Notes: generated by a model from the sequence alone, not told the origin. Positions 23,320 through 36,565 are shown, counted from the first letter of the stretch. The stretch is DNA of 64,000 bases from Escherichia coli (GCF_003334405.1 NZ_QOWM01000002.1), one strand, 5' to 3'. Made by a program: numbers and translations.

Positions 23320-25095
23320 TTAACGCTTGTACAACGGACCGTAGTTCTGGCAAGCGCGGTAATCCTGGCCTTCAATATCCATGCCGTGCGCAGCCCAGGC
23401 AGAAGGACGATACACTTTGGTCTCTTCAACGTTGTGCATACATACCGGGATACGCAGCATGGAGGCGAGAGTGATAAAGTCTGCGCCAACGTGGCCGATG
23501 GTCAGAACCCCATGGTTAGCGCCCCAGTTCGCCATTACCGAGTACACATCCGTAAACGGCCCTTTACCGGTGAGGCGCGGTGCAAACCAGGTGGTTGGCC
23601 AGGTTGAGTTGGTGCGTTTGTTGAGGATGTCATGCACATCCTTCGGCAATTCCACGCTCCAGCCTTCCGCGATTTGCAGTACCGGTCCCAGGCCTTTGAT
23701 GATGTTGACACGAGTCATGGTGAACGGGACGCCGCCTTCGGTAAGGAAGCGGGAAGAGTAACCGCCGCCACGGAAGTATTCGTGGATCGCCGGGCACCAT
23801 TCGGTAGCGGCGAGGCAAGCGTCAGCCTCTTGCTGAGAGATTTCCCAGTGTGGCTTCATCGTCGGGTTACCTTCGCTGTCGCGTTGTTTACAGGAACCGT
23901 CCAGCGCAGCAGAACCGGAGTTGATCAAATGGATGATGCCGTGTTCTGCCAGTCCATCCAGTTTATGCCCCGTTACACGCTCAATTGCTTCTGGTGACCA
24001 GTAGGTACGCACATCGGCAAATACCTGAGCGGTGCCGGTGAGCTGGTGACCCATTAGCATTGCCACGCCGTTAAGACTGTCGTTTTCGGTCGCCACGACA
24101 AAGGGTTCGCGCACGCCATTCCAGTCAAATGAACTGTTGAGGATCGCTTCGGCGGTGTCACCATTGGGATATTGATCGGTCCAGTGACGTTGCCCCTGGA
24201 AGCCCGCAGCGATGGCGTTGTAGCCAAGTGATTCTTCCACGCGACCAATATCGGCCAGTTTGCTGTTGCCTTGCATCATGTCGCGGATACACATCGCCAT
24301 CAGTAAACTTTCGCGCAGAACTGCGCGGCTTTGCTCGGCATTACGTTGATACTGTTTGTTATTTTCATCTTCGCCATAGCGGAAGTTTTTATCAGCCCAG
24401 GCCAGTGCCATTTCCAATTCGGCTTCGTCGTAAATCTTCTGATCGATACGGCGACGCAGTTCGGTCATATCCACCGCCTGGACTTTCATTCCCAGCCAGG
24501 ATTCAAAGAAGTTGTGATCAACAATGGAACCGGCGATACCCATCGAAACGCCGCCCAGCGACAGATAGCTTTTACCTTTCATGCTGGCGACGGCCAAACC
24601 GGCGCGGGCAAAGCGCAGCAGTTTTTCTTCAACATCGGCAGGAATCGATGTGTCATCGGCATCCTGAACGTCATGACCGTAAATGGAGAATGCTGGGATG
24701 CCTTTCTGGCTGTGAGCTGCCAGAGCCGCTGCCAGGTAAACAGCGCCGGGGCGTTCAGTGCCGTTAAAGCCCCAAATGGCCTTCGGGCGGGTTGGATCCA
24801 TGTCGATGGTTTCACTGCCATAGCACCAGCAAGGCGTTACCGTAATGGTGAGGCCTACATTCTGACTGCTGAATTTTTCTTCGCAAGCAGCGGCTTCAGC
24901 CATACCCGCGATACAGGTATCGGAAATGACACACTCGACGGCAGCTCCGCAGGCATGGCGCAGTTTCTCGGTCAGCAGTGCGGCCGTAGCTTTCGCCATA
25001 TTCATTGTTTGTTCTTCAAGCGACTCACGAACACCCATGCGACGACCGTCAATAACCGGGCGGATACCAATTTTCGGTAAGCTGATTTTTTTCAT
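23320..25095 (-). CDS. fucI: L-fucose isomerase FucI
   Basis: 591-aa ORF recognised as FucI. Confidence 0.93.
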   Translation of the reverse strand: MKKISLPKIGIRPVIDGRRMGVRESLEEQTMNMAKATAALLTEKLRHACGAAVECVISDTCIAGMAEAAACEEKFSSQNVGLTITVTPCWCYGSETIDMDPTRPKAIWGFNGTERPGAVYLAAALAAHSQKGIPAFSIYGHDVQDADDTSIPADVEEKLLRFARAGLAVASMKGKSYLSLGGVSMGIAGSIVDHNFFESWLGMKVQAVDMTELRRRIDQKIYDEAELEMALAWADKNFRYGEDENNKQYQRNAEQSRAVLRESLLMAMCIRDMMQGNSKLADIGRVEESLGYNAIAAGFQGQRHWTDQYPNGDTAEAILNSSFDWNGVREPFVVATENDSLNGVAMLMGHQLTGTAQVFADVRTYWSPEAIERVTGHKLDGLAEHGIIHLINSGSAALDGSCKQRDSEGNPTMKPHWEISQQEADACLAATEWCPAIHEYFRGGGYSSRFLTEGGVPFTMTRVNIIKGLGPVLQIAEGWSVELPKDVHDILNKRTNSTWPTTWFAPRLTGKGPFTDVYSVMANWGANHGVLTIGHVGADFITLASMLRIPVCMHNVEETKVYRPSAWAAHGMDIEGQDYRACQNYGPLYKR

Positions 25096-25127
25096 TACAG
25101 ATTCCTCACTTTATTCGGAAAATATGT

Positions 25128-26444
25128 TCAGTTAGTTGCCGTTTGAGAACGGAAACGGGCAAAGATAAAGATGACCGCGAAGCAGAGTGCGGGGATCAGT
25201 TCAGCAGTGGGGATGTTGCCCGCCGCGTCACTGACAAAACCCATGACCGGAGTGACAATACCGCCGCCAATAATGGTCATAACGATGAAGGACGAACCAT
25301 ATTTGGTGTCCTGGCCGAGATTCTTAATGCCCAGCGAGAAGATTGTTGGGTACTGAATCGACATAAAGGCGCTGCATAAAGTCAGGGCTATTAAGCCCAC
25401 ATGACCGCCAGCGAAGGCTGAGATCAGGCACAGTGCCATAGCGATTAATGCGTAGGCGGCCAGGACTTTGTGTGGTGCGAAGCGACTGATGAGCCAGGTA
25501 CCGGTGAAACGACCAATAAAGAAGCACACCATGGTTCCGGTTAAATAGTTAGCGGCAAAGCCTGCAGTCATACCTGGAATTTCTTCTACAGCGTAGCGAA
25601 TCAAATAGCTCCAGCAGGCCGTTTGTGCGCCGACATAGCAGAATTGCGCTAATACCGCCCAGCGCCAGTGGCGAATACGCGCCAGGCGAGAAAGCGATGC
25701 GGAGAACGATCCTTGTTTGGCGTCACTGTGATTATCACTCTGCAATGCCGGGAATTTCGTCAGCATGATCAGCAGGGCGACCAGTAACACGATAGCCACG
25801 ATGATCATATAAGGTGTCTGTACCGATAATACCAGGCTGTGTTTATACGCACTCAATTGCTCTGGAGACATTTTATCGAGAACGTCTTGCGATTGATGTG
25901 GCACGTTAGACAAAATAAGACTTTGCCCAAAGACAACCGCGATAATTGCGCCAAACGAGTTAAATGTTTGCGCAAGATTTAAGCGGAAGTGACCACTACT
26001 TTCCGGCCCTAATACCGTAACAAAAGGGTTTGCGGCAGTTTCCAGACAACCTAATCCGGCTGCAATAATAAATAGGCCAACTAAAAATAAGGTGTAGTTC
26101 ATTATTTCTGCGGCGGGCCAGAATAATGCAGCACCCAAGGCATATAAAAATAACCCGGTAATAATCCCTGCTTTATAACTGAGTTTTTTCATCAATATCC
26201 CAGCAGGGATTGGGATAATGAAATAACCAAAGTAAAAGGCCGATTGGATCAGGCCAGCCTGGAAATTTGTCAGCGTAAAAGCCTGCTGGAATTGAGGTAA
26301 TAAAATGTCGTTAAGGTTATTGGCTACCGCCCAAAGAAAAAACAGTGAGCACAGCAGCGCGAATGGAATAATGTAACTTCTGCTTTGCCCTGCATCTTTA
26401 TCTACCGCACGGTAACTCTGCGTTTGTATTGATGTGTTTCCCAT
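25128..26444 (-). CDS. fucP: L-fucose:H+ symporter FucP (MFS)
   Basis: 438-aa ORF with multiple transmembrane segments. Confidence 0.92.
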   Translation of the reverse strand: MGNTSIQTQSYRAVDKDAGQSRSYIIPFALLCSLFFLWAVANNLNDILLPQFQQAFTLTNFQAGLIQSAFYFGYFIIPIPAGILMKKLSYKAGIITGLFLYALGAALFWPAAEIMNYTLFLVGLFIIAAGLGCLETAANPFVTVLGPESSGHFRLNLAQTFNSFGAIIAVVFGQSLILSNVPHQSQDVLDKMSPEQLSAYKHSLVLSVQTPYMIIVAIVLLVALLIMLTKFPALQSDNHSDAKQGSFSASLSRLARIRHWRWAVLAQFCYVGAQTACWSYLIRYAVEEIPGMTAGFAANYLTGTMVCFFIGRFTGTWLISRFAPHKVLAAYALIAMALCLISAFAGGHVGLIALTLCSAFMSIQYPTIFSLGIKNLGQDTKYGSSFIVMTIIGGGIVTPVMGFVSDAAGNIPTAELIPALCFAVIFIFARFRSQTATN

Positions 26445-26990
26445 AGCATCCTCTTAGGTTCAGAAGCTTAAGCACGTAATCGGTTATGTTTTCAAAAGTG
26501 CAAAACCAGCGAGTTCGGGCTTCATATCAGTGAATATTTGCCTGTCTGAAATGAACTCATGGATTCATTTTCAAATAAAAAACGCTCTGTAATATGACGG
26601 CGGTCACACTTATTAGCTAGAAGGTGACTTTATGTGACTACCATCACTTTAATAATCGAAATTTCATGCCCGTTTCAGAAAATAAATCATAAAAAACACA
26701 AATCAGATGACCGTATTAATTGTTTGTGCCGAAAACGGTCATTCCGGGCTTGGAGGAATAGAAAAATGACCGTTTTGATAAATATTTTTAAGAGCGGTCA
26801 TTTTTAATGGGGTTATAAAAAGAGAACTTGCAGTTATTTACTGTGATTAGTTGAACCAGGTCACAAAATATAAGCTTGTGAATTTCTTTCTTGTTAATCA
26901 GGAAGAAGATGGTGGGTAATTAAACGGCTAATTCAATAGTGTGAAAGGAACAACATTATTGCCCTGTTTTGAATCAGAGAGAGGTAGCTA
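26445..26990. promoter_or_regulatory. Divergent fucPIKUR / fucAO control region
   Basis: 546-bp AT-rich intergenic region between divergent fucP and fucA. Individual binding sites could not be pinned down by eye. Confidence 0.6.
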
Positions 26991-27638
26991 ATGGAACGAA
27001 ATAAACTTGCTCGTCAGATTATTGACACTTGCCTGGAAATGACCCGCCTGGGACTGAACCAGGGGACAGCGGGGAACGTCAGTGTACGTTATCAGGATGG
27101 GATGCTGATTACGCCTACAGGCATTCCATATGAAAAACTGACGGAGTCGCATATTGTCTTTATTGATGGCAACGGTAAACATGAGGAAGGAAAGCTCCCC
27201 TCAAGCGAATGGCGTTTCCATATGGCAGCCTATCAAAGCAGACCGGATGCCAACGCGGTTGTTCACAATCATGCCGTTCATTGCACGGCAGTTTCCATTC
27301 TTAACCGATCGATCCCCGCTATTCACTACATGATTGCGGCGGCTGGCGGTAATTCTATTCCTTGCGCGCCTTATGCGACCTTTGGAACACGCGAACTTTC
27401 TGAACATGTTGCGCTGGCTCTCAAAAATCGTAAGGCAACTTTGTTACAACATCATGGGCTTATCGCTTGTGAGGTGAATCTGGAAAAAGCGTTATGGCTG
27501 GCGCATGAAGTTGAAGTGCTGGCGCAACTTTACCTGACGACCCTGGCGATTACGGACCCGGTGCCAGTGCTGAGCGATGAAGAGATTGCCGTAGTGCTGG
27601 AGAAATTCAAAACCTATGGGTTACGAATTGAAGAGTAA
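26991..27638 (+). CDS. fucA: L-fuculose-1-phosphate aldolase FucA
   Basis: 215-aa class II aldolase ORF. Confidence 0.92.
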   Translation: MERNKLARQIIDTCLEMTRLGLNQGTAGNVSVRYQDGMLITPTGIPYEKLTESHIVFIDGNGKHEEGKLPSSEWRFHMAAYQSRPDANAVVHNHAVHCTAVSILNRSIPAIHYMIAAAGGNSIPCAPYATFGTRELSEHVALALKNRKATLLQHHGLIACEVNLEKALWLAHEVEVLAQLYLTTLAITDPVPVLSDEEIAVVLEKFKTYGLRIEE

Positions 27639-27665
27639 TTTCGTAAAGCAACAAGGAGAAGGATG

Positions 27666-28814
27666 ATGGCTAACAGAATGATTCTGAACGAAACGGCATG
27701 GTTTGGTCGGGGTGCTGTTGGGGCTTTAACCGATGAGGTGAAACGCCGTGGTTATCAGAAGGCGCTGATCGTCACCGATAAAACGCTGGTGCAATGCGGC
27801 GTGGTGGCGAAAGTGACCGATAAGATGGATGCTGCAGGGCTGGCATGGGCGATTTACGACGGCGTAGTGCCCAACCCAACAATTACTGTCGTCAAAGAAG
27901 GGCTCGGTGTATTCCAGAATAGCGGCGCGGATTACCTGATCGCTATTGGTGGTGGTTCTCCACAGGATACTTGTAAAGCGATTGGCATTATCAGCAACAA
28001 CCCGGAGTTTGCCGATGTGCGTAGCCTGGAAGGGCTTTCCCCGACCAATAAACCCAGTGTACCGATTCTGGCAATTCCTACCACAGCAGGTACTGCGGCA
28101 GAAGTGACCATTAACTACGTGATCACTGACGAAGAGAAACGGCGCAAGTTTGTTTGCGTTGATCCGCATGATATCCCGCAGGTGGCGTTTATTGACGCTG
28201 ACATGATGGATGGTATGCCTCCAGCGCTGAAAGCTGCGACGGGTGTCGATGCGCTCACTCATGCTATTGAGGGGTATATTACCCGTGGCGCGTGGGCGCT
28301 AACCGATGCATTGCACATTAAAGCGATTGAAATCATTGCTGGGGCGCTGCGAGGATCGGTTGCTGGTGATAAGGATGCCGGAGAAGAAATGGCGCTCGGG
28401 CAGTATGTTGCGGGTATGGGCTTCTCGAATGTTGGGTTAGGGTTGGTGCATGGTATGGCGCATCCACTGGGCGCGTTTTATAACACTCCACACGGTGTTG
28501 CGAACGCCATCCTGTTACCGCATGTCATGCGTTATAACGCTGACTTTACCGGTGAGAAGTACCGCGATATCGCGCGCGTTATGGGCGTGAAAGTGGAAGG
28601 TATGAGCCTGGAAGAGGCGCGTAATGCCGCTGTTGAAGCGGTGTTTGCTCTCAACCGTGATGTCGGTATTCCGCCACATTTGCGTGATGTTGGTGTACGC
28701 AAGGAAGACATTCCGGCACTGGCGCAGGCGGCACTGGATGATGTTTGTACCGGTGGCAACCCGCGTGAAGCAACGCTTGAGGATATTGTAGAGCTTTACC
28801 ATACCGCCTGGTAA
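27666..28814 (+). CDS. fucO: Lactaldehyde reductase (1,2-propanediol oxidoreductase) FucO
   Basis: ORF 27663..28814. Second ATG taken (MANRMILNE...), giving 382 aa. Iron-containing alcohol dehydrogenase with aaggaga SD upstream. Confidence 0.9.
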   Translation: MANRMILNETAWFGRGAVGALTDEVKRRGYQKALIVTDKTLVQCGVVAKVTDKMDAAGLAWAIYDGVVPNPTITVVKEGLGVFQNSGADYLIAIGGGSPQDTCKAIGIISNNPEFADVRSLEGLSPTNKPSVPILAIPTTAGTAAEVTINYVITDEEKRRKFVCVDPHDIPQVAFIDADMMDGMPPALKAATGVDALTHAIEGYITRGAWALTDALHIKAIEIIAGALRGSVAGDKDAGEEMALGQYVAGMGFSNVGLGLVHGMAHPLGAFYNTPHGVANAILLPHVMRYNADFTGEKYRDIARVMGVKVEGMSLEEARNAAVEAVFALNRDVGIPPHLRDVGVRKEDIPALAQAALDDVCTGGNPREATLEDIVELYHTAW

Positions 28815-28832
28815 ATGCGCTGATGTGATAAT

Positions 28833-28862
28833 GCCGGATACGACGTTTGCGGCGTATCCGGC
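28833..28862. repeat. REP-like palindrome between fucO and xni
   Basis: gccggatacgacgtttgcggcgtatccggc is a near-perfect palindrome. Confidence 0.5.
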
Positions 28863-28868
28863 TCGCCG

Positions 28869-29735
<867 letters not shown>

Positions 29736-31103
29736 TTAATCGCAGGCAACGATCTTCATTGCCAGGCCGCCGCGAGAGGTTTCGCGGTACTTGGCGTTCA
29801 TATCTTTACCTGTTTCGTACATGGTTTCGATAACTTTATCGAGGCAGACGCGCGGCTCGCTGGTACGGCGCAGCGCCATACGTGCGGCGTTCACCGCTTT
29901 TACTGCCGCAATGGCGTTACGCTCGATGCATGGCACCTGTACCTGTCCGGCGACCGGGTCACACGTCAGACCGAGGTTGTGCTCCATGGCGATTTCCGCC
30001 GCGATGCACACCTGCGCCGGGCTTGCGCCTAATAGTTCTGCCAGACCAGCCGCCGCCATTGAGCACGCCACGCCAACTTCACCCTGGCAACCCACTTCAG
30101 CACCAGAAATCGACGCGTTCATCTTATAAAGAGAACCAATGGCGCTGGCTACCAGCAGGTAACGAGCCAGTGAGTTAGCGTTCACTTCGCGGATAAACTT
30201 GTCGTAGTACGCCAGAACTGCCGGGATAATCCCGCACGCACCGTTAGTCGGCGCAGTCACCACGCGACCGCCAGCAGCGTTCTCTTCGTTCACTGCCAGT
30301 GCAAACATGTTGATCCAGTCAACAACCGCCATCGGGTCAGTGGTGGTTTTATCCTGGCTGACCAGCATCCGGCGTAGTGCCGCAGCACGGCGTGGAACGC
30401 GCAGTTTGCCAGGCAACACGCCTTCGGTGGAAATACCGCGCTCAATACCGCCGCGCATGACTTCCCAGACGTTCGCCAGGTGCTGTTCCAGCTCTTCTTT
30501 GCTGTGCAGCGCCAGCTCGTTTTTCATCATCAGGCCAGAGAGTGACAGCCCGGTTTCCTGACAATGTTTTTGCAGATCGGCTGCTGAACTGTACGGATAA
30601 GGAACTTCAACCGGTGCGCTATCCTGCTGGCCAAAATGCTCTTCATCAACGATAAAGCCACCGCCAATAGAGTAGTAAGTCTGGCTGTAAACGACTTTAT
30701 CGCCCGCCAGCGCGGTAATGCGCATACCGTTTTCATGCAGAGAAAGGTTGTCGGCGTGGAAGTTCATGCACTGATCAACCGGGAACTCCACTTCATGCTG
30801 ACCGTTTGCCAGCATCAGGCGACCATGAGTATTCACATCCTGAATAAAACTGGGGATGGAATCGATATCCACGGTATCCGGCAGGTTACCCGCCAGGCCC
30901 ATAATAATGGCGATATCAGTGTGGTGGCCTTTACCGGTCAGAGAGAGCGAGCCGTACACGTCAACCACCACGCGGGTCACGTCTTTAAGCAGGTTACGGG
31001 CAATCAGATCGTCGGTAAATTGTTTACCCGCTTTCATTGGTCCAACGGTATGAGAACTGGAAGGGCCAATGCCGATTTTGAAAATATCGAATACGCTAAT
31101 CAT
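29736..31103 (-). CDS. sdaB: L-serine dehydratase 2
   Basis: 455-aa ORF recognised as SdaB. A hairpin terminator lies downstream at about 29700..29730 on the minus strand. Confidence 0.92.
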   Translation of the reverse strand: MISVFDIFKIGIGPSSSHTVGPMKAGKQFTDDLIARNLLKDVTRVVVDVYGSLSLTGKGHHTDIAIIMGLAGNLPDTVDIDSIPSFIQDVNTHGRLMLANGQHEVEFPVDQCMNFHADNLSLHENGMRITALAGDKVVYSQTYYSIGGGFIVDEEHFGQQDSAPVEVPYPYSSAADLQKHCQETGLSLSGLMMKNELALHSKEELEQHLANVWEVMRGGIERGISTEGVLPGKLRVPRRAAALRRMLVSQDKTTTDPMAVVDWINMFALAVNEENAAGGRVVTAPTNGACGIIPAVLAYYDKFIREVNANSLARYLLVASAIGSLYKMNASISGAEVGCQGEVGVACSMAAAGLAELLGASPAQVCIAAEIAMEHNLGLTCDPVAGQVQVPCIERNAIAAVKAVNAARMALRRTSEPRVCLDKVIETMYETGKDMNAKYRETSRGGLAMKIVACD

Positions 31104-31160
31104 AGGAAATACATCGCGTTAAAACGGAGGAAGCGCCGCCCGAAAGCGGCGCGAAAGGAC

Positions 31161-32450
31161 TTAGCTGAACAGAGAGTAGAAGATTGCGGAGATTGCAATC
31201 AGACCCATCACGACAACGAATACGTTGCTGATGTGACCGCTGTACTTACGCATTGCCGGTACTTTCTGAATTGCGTACATCGGCATCAGGAACAGGATCA
31301 TCGCGATGATTGGACCGCCCAGGGTTTCAATCATACCCAGGATGCTCGGGTTCAGGGTGGCAACAATCCAGGTCGTTACCAGCATGAACAGCGCAGTGAT
31401 ACGGTTCAGCTTGTTGATTTCGATAGACTTACCTTTACCACGCAGAGATTTAATCACCATACCGTTGAAGCCTTCACGTGCGCCCAGGTAGTGACCGAGG
31501 AAGGATTTGGTGATAGCGATAATCGCGATAATCGGAGCCATCCACGCGATAACCGGTGCGTTAAAGTGGTTAGCCAGGTAAGACAGAATCGAGATGTTCT
31601 GCTCTTTAGCCGCAGCCAGGTCTGCCGGAGTCAGGCTCAGTACACAGCTGAAGACGAAGAACATTACGGTCAGCACCATCATGATGTGTGCGAATGCCAG
31701 GATCTTCGAGCATTTCTGTTCTGCCATATCGCCGTACTCTTCACGCTTCGCAACGGCGAAAGAAGAGATGATCGGAGAGTGGTTGAACGAGAACACCATT
31801 ACCGGAATTGCCAGCCACAGGGTCATCCACAGACCGTTTCCGGTTGCAGATGCAGTGTCCAGAGACAGCGTTTCCAGTGCAGCGCCGTTCCACTGCGGGA
31901 TCAGGTACAGAGCCAGCAGCATCAGTACGCCAACAAACGGGAATACCAGAATACTCATCGCTTTAACGATCATCTGCTCACCGAAGCGAACGATGGTCAT
32001 CATACCCACGATCAGGATCAGCGACAGAATCGCACGCGGCGGTGGCGTCATACCCAGCTGGTGAGACATGAAGCTTTCAACGGTATTGGTGATTGCCACG
32101 CTATAAACCAGCAGGATCGGGTAGATAGCGAAGAAGTAGAGCAGGGTAATCAGTTTACCTGCGCCAATACCAAAGTGTTCTTCTACAACCTCGGTGATGT
32201 CTTCGCCCGGGTTTTTACCAGACAGTACGAAGCGAGTCAGGCCGCGGTGAGCAAAAAACGTCATCGGGAACGCAAGGATAGCCATGATGATCAGCGGGAT
32301 CATACCGCCAACACCGGCGTTGATTGGCAGGAACAGCACGCCCGCGCCGATTGCCGTGCCGTAAAGGCCCAGCATCCACATGGTGTCTGTCTTGCGCCAG
32401 GCACTACGAGAGTCTTTCGACGCAATCGTGCTGGTTTGAGTCGTTTCCAT
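31161..32450 (-). CDS. sdaC: Serine:H+ symporter SdaC
   Basis: 429-aa polytopic membrane ORF. Confidence 0.92.
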   Translation of the reverse strand: METTQTSTIASKDSRSAWRKTDTMWMLGLYGTAIGAGVLFLPINAGVGGMIPLIIMAILAFPMTFFAHRGLTRFVLSGKNPGEDITEVVEEHFGIGAGKLITLLYFFAIYPILLVYSVAITNTVESFMSHQLGMTPPPRAILSLILIVGMMTIVRFGEQMIVKAMSILVFPFVGVLMLLALYLIPQWNGAALETLSLDTASATGNGLWMTLWLAIPVMVFSFNHSPIISSFAVAKREEYGDMAEQKCSKILAFAHIMMVLTVMFFVFSCVLSLTPADLAAAKEQNISILSYLANHFNAPVIAWMAPIIAIIAITKSFLGHYLGAREGFNGMVIKSLRGKGKSIEINKLNRITALFMLVTTWIVATLNPSILGMIETLGGPIIAMILFLMPMYAIQKVPAMRKYSGHISNVFVVVMGLIAISAIFYSLFS

Positions 32451-33006
32451 CTATTTCTCCTGGAGGAATGCAAATAATTCAGCTTTTAGCCAGTTCAGCC
32501 CGGGAAGGTGCCTGACCGTAAAAATGAAATCTGTCTATCGGCGATGGCTTAATCATTTACCGCCGTAATAATTTGAGGGCGGAAAGATACACACAAGTTA
32601 TGTATCTATCAGTGATCTTGATCTCAAATACAATAATCTACTTGGAAGATAGATTATCCCAACGCTTTACTCTGTAAATCAAAAGTAAAAGAGAATTTAA
32701 GGGCAATATTTGCCCATTAAACGACATCTGACTTCTTCCGGGGCGCGCAATATATGTAGGTTGAACTGAAAAAATCAATACTTTTAGTTAATCATGGCGA
32801 TAATTTCTTTTTCATAGCGATAAAATACGGTTTATGAAAATAGGGAAACGTTTGCGTTGCAACATAAATTGTATGACATATTAACTGTGATGATATTTGT
32901 CGCGTGAGGGTGGTAAGAAACATTCATATAACAAATGAAATGAGTTGATGAGTAAGTGACCAAAAACGAGAAAACCCGGCAACAAACGTCACCGGGGGAG
33001 CGGAGA

Positions 33007-34371
33007 TTACGTGCAGATTTCGTAGCAAGGGATGTAGGCTGAGCCTGGCAACTTCATACGATGCTGGGCAACAAAACCCTGTAGCAGGTCGTCCATACGA
33101 CGCATAATCTCTTTATCGCCGTTGATTTTGTAAGGACCAAACTCTTCAATGGCGCGAATACCGACTTCTTTTACGTTACCCGCCACAATACCGGAGAACG
33201 CACGGCGCAGGTCGGCAGCCAGCACTTCAACAGGTTGATCCGGGTAAAGCTTCAGATTAGCCATATTCTCGTGAGACGGCTCAAACGGCATTTGCAAATC
33301 TGGCGCAATGCGCATTGACCAGTTAAAGCTGTAGGCATCGCCTGTATCACGGCGATTTTCTTTCACCAGCGGCATCGATTTTTTCATCTGACGAGCGACT
33401 TCAGCTGCGTCATCAATGATGATGCGGTAATGGCGGCGCGCGTTTTCACCCAGCGTATGCACGACAAACTCGTCCAGTACGCGGAAGTAGTCGGCGCTCT
33501 CTTTCGGGCCGGTGAGGATCAATGGTAAAACCTGATCTTTGTTGGCCGGGTTCATTAAAATTCCCAGCAAATAGAGCAACTCTTCTGCCGTACCCACACC
33601 GCCAGGGAAGATAATGATACCGTGAGCGATACGGACAAACGCTTCCAGACGTTTTTCGATATCTGGCATGATGATCAATTCGTTGACCAGCGGGTTAGGC
33701 GGTTCAGCGGCGATAATCGACGGCTCTGTCATACCAATAAAACGACTGTCTTTGTAACGCTGCTGCGCGTGTCCGACCGCAGCACCTTTCATCGGCGCTT
33801 CCATCGCTCCCGGACCACAGCCGGTGCAGATATTCAGCTCACGCAGGCCCAGCTGGTTTCCGACGCGACGGGCATACAAATACTCGTTTTCGTTAATTGA
33901 GTGACCGCCCCAGCAGACCACCATATTTGGCGCTTCACCCACATGCAGCGCGCGAGCGTTACGCAAGATGGAAAAGACCAGGTTAGTGATGTGGACGGAG
34001 TTGTCGAGATTCAGGTTGGGAAAACGAACGGTGTTATGGATTTGCCCGTAAACGAAGAGAATGTCACGCAGGACCGCGAACAAGTTGGCCTGCAAAGCGC
34101 GAATAATTCGCCCATCGACAAAAGCCTCTTCCGGGGGATTAATCAGTTCCAGCTTTACGCCGCGTTCACGGCGCAAGACGTTAATATCGAAATTTTCAAA
34201 ACGAGACAGCAATTCTTTGCTGTTATCGGTCAAACTACCGGAGTTCAGTACGGCAAGTGAACAGTTGCGAAACAGTTGATAGAGGTCGCTGCTGGCGGTG
34301 CGTTTAAGCATATCCACTTCCAGCTGCGACAACATATCCATGGAGCCAAGCGGGCTAATATGTGTAATCAA
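33007..34371 (-). CDS. ppnN: Nucleotide 5'-monophosphate nucleosidase PpnN (YgdH, LOG family)
   Basis: 454-aa ORF with a LOG-family region ([10 protein letters not shown]). Confidence 0.85.
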
Positions 34372-34482
34372 GAAAAACTCCTTATGGGACGAATATCGTC
34401 ATTCCCTTTGATTACAATAGCCCTGCCTGATGACCTTTCACAACCTTCTGCGTGAATCCAGCACGCAAAATTGAGAAAAAAT

Positions 34483-35331
34483 TTATTGCCGAACCAGTCT
34501 TGTGGTCGATGGGACAAAATCGCTATTACTGCGCCACGGGTTAATGTCCAGACCGCCACGACGGGTATAACGTGCGTAAACGCTCAATTTTTCTGGCTGG
34601 CAGAAGCGTAACAGGTCATTAAAGATGCGTTCCACGCACTGTTCGTGGAACTCGTTGTGATGACGGAATGAGACCAGGTAACGCAGCAGTTTTTCTCTGT
34701 CAATTTGGCGTCCACGATACTGAATTTGGAGCGAACCCCAATCTGGTTGATGGGTGATCAGGCAGTTTGATTTCAGCAGGTGGCTGACAAGCGTCTCTTC
34801 CACTACTTTTTCACCACAGGTGGCATTCTCCAGATAGTCAGTAGTGAATTCATAGTTATCGATAGTGATATCCTGGTCATCAATGCAAGTGCCATTAAAA
34901 TGACCTATCGGCTGGCCTTCCAGTTCATCAAGACGATATAACGCCACGCTAATCTTACCCTGAGCGCAAGTGCTTAAGTCGCGCTCCAGCGTCTGGCGCA
35001 CCTCATCCCAGTTATTAAAACGCGTCTGGTTAAAACTGTTGAGATAGAGCTTAAAACTCTTCGACTCAATCAGATTTACGCTGGTGTAATCAAGTTCAAC
35101 ATGACCGACAGCGACCTGCGGCAAACCTTTCGCATTCAGCCAGGAAAGTTCATACAGCGTCCAGATATCCGTACCGTGAAAAGGCAGGTTATCCGCTTTC
35201 AGACCCAGCGGGTCGCGATTCAGGCTGCGTGGAACGCCTTGCAGTAGGCTGGCGTCATAGGTATCCCGGTAATCGGTTGATTTTCCAAGAGTCAGGCCCG
35301 CAAGTGCCTGATGGTTTGCATAAGAAGACAT
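34483..35331 (-). CDS. queF: NADPH-dependent 7-cyano-7-deazaguanine reductase QueF
   Basis: 282-aa ORF beginning [31 protein letters not shown]. Confidence 0.9.
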   Translation of the reverse strand: MSSYANHQALAGLTLGKSTDYRDTYDASLLQGVPRSLNRDPLGLKADNLPFHGTDIWTLYELSWLNAKGLPQVAVGHVELDYTSVNLIESKSFKLYLNSFNQTRFNNWDEVRQTLERDLSTCAQGKISVALYRLDELEGQPIGHFNGTCIDDQDITIDNYEFTTDYLENATCGEKVVEETLVSHLLKSNCLITHQPDWGSLQIQYRGRQIDREKLLRYLVSFRHHNEFHEQCVERIFNDLLRFCQPEKLSVYARYTRRGGLDINPWRSNSDFVPSTTRLVRQ

Positions 35332-35398
35332 GTTTCACCGTCATAAACCAGATAAACTAAACGACAAGTGTATCTGGTTTAAGTGAAGAGAGAAATTA

Positions 35399-35944
35399 GT
35401 GGACGATTTGACCGCACAAGCCCTGAAAGATTTTACTGCACGCTACTGCGATGCGTGGCATGAAGAGCATAAAAGCTGGCCGTTAAGTGAGGAACTGTAC
35501 GGTGTTCCTTCACCGTGCATTATTTCAACTACCGAAGATGCCGTATACTGGCAACCCCAGCCGTTTACCGGGGAACAAAATGTAAACGCGGTTGAACGCG
35601 CTTTTGATATTGTGATACAACCCACAATTCATACCTTTTATACGACTCAGTTTGCCGGGGATATGCACGCGCAGTTTGGCGATATCAAACTGACATTGCT
35701 GCAAACCTGGAGTGAAGACGACTTCCGTCGGGTGCAGGAAAATCTGATTGGTCATCTGGTGACTCAGAAAAGGCTAAAACTGCCGCCCACACTATTTATC
35801 GCGACGCTGGAAGAAGAGTTAGAGGTCATCTCGGTGTGTAATCTCTCCGGTGAAGTGTGCAAAGAGACGCTGGGAACACGTAAACGGACGCATTTAGCCT
35901 CAAATCTTGCGGAATTCCTTAATCAACTTAAGCCTCTTCTGTAA
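35399..35944 (+). CDS. syd: SecY-interacting protein Syd
   Basis: 181-aa ORF recognised as Syd. Confidence 0.88.
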
Positions 35945-35963
35945 TCCAAATACCCCATCTGGT

Positions 35964-35981
35964 TGTGAGAGATCTCTTACA
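35964..35981. promoter_or_regulatory. 18-bp palindrome upstream of csrB; candidate UvrY (BarA-UvrY) binding box
   Basis: Perfect palindrome tgtgagagatctcttaca about 165 bp upstream of csrB. Confidence 0.55.
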
Positions 35982-36144
35982 GACTCTGTAGGAGATCGCC
36001 AGGAAATAAGCGAATACTTAAAAAGATAAGAATCGTTATTTTCATTTAAAATCAAAATGTTGATTGTTAATTCTTAACTTTCATATGAAATTTTCCTTAA
36101 GGCATTGTCTGTAAGCGCCTTGTAAGACTTCGCGAAAAAGACGA

Positions 36145-36520
36145 TTCTATCTTCGTCGACAGGGAGTCAGACAACGAAGTGAACATCAGGATGATGACAC
36201 TTCTGCAGGACACACCAGGATGGTGTTTCAGGGAAAGGCTTCTGGATGAAGCGAAGAGGATGACGCAGGACGCGTTAAAGGACACCTCCAGGATGGAGAA
36301 TGAGAACCGGTCAGGATGATTCGGTGGGTCAGGAAGGCCAGGGACACTTCAGGATGAAGTATCACATCGGGGTGGTGTGAGCAGGAAGCAATAGTTCAGG
36401 ATGAACGATTGGCCGCAAGGCCAGAGGAAAAGTTGTCAAGGATGAGCAGGGAGCAACAAAAGTAGCTGGAATGCTGCGAAACGAACCGGGAGCGCTGTGA
36501 ATACAGTGCTCCCTTTTTTT
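36145..36520 (+). ncRNA. csrB: CsrB, CsrA-sequestering small RNA
   Basis: About 370 nt with roughly 20 reiterated GGA motifs (caggatg, aggaca, cagggag). Ends in a terminator hairpin gggagcgctg..cagtgctccc plus ttttttt (36488..36520). The 5' end is approximate. Confidence 0.85.
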
Positions 36521-36565
36521 ATTCCTGCTATCCTTCGCGGCAGTTTTTCTTATTGAGGTTGCTTT

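Noticed and set aside
24331-25080. 249-aa plus-strand ORF and neighbouring 179-aa ORF
   Set aside because: Both are antisense to fucI with no independent support.
26840-26870. CRP-like half-sites tgtga ... tcaca in the fucP-fucA control region
   Set aside because: The half-sites are separated by 14 nt rather than the 6 nt of a canonical CRP site, so I could not call a specific site. Only the region as a whole is annotated.
30636-32477. 613-aa plus-strand ORF, the third longest frame in the window
   Set aside because: It lies entirely antisense to the recognisable sdaB and sdaC genes. Its His/Arg/Gln/Asp-rich, low-complexity composition is typical of the reverse frame of a real gene, and it has no SD or plausible domain. 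Treated as a frame artefact.
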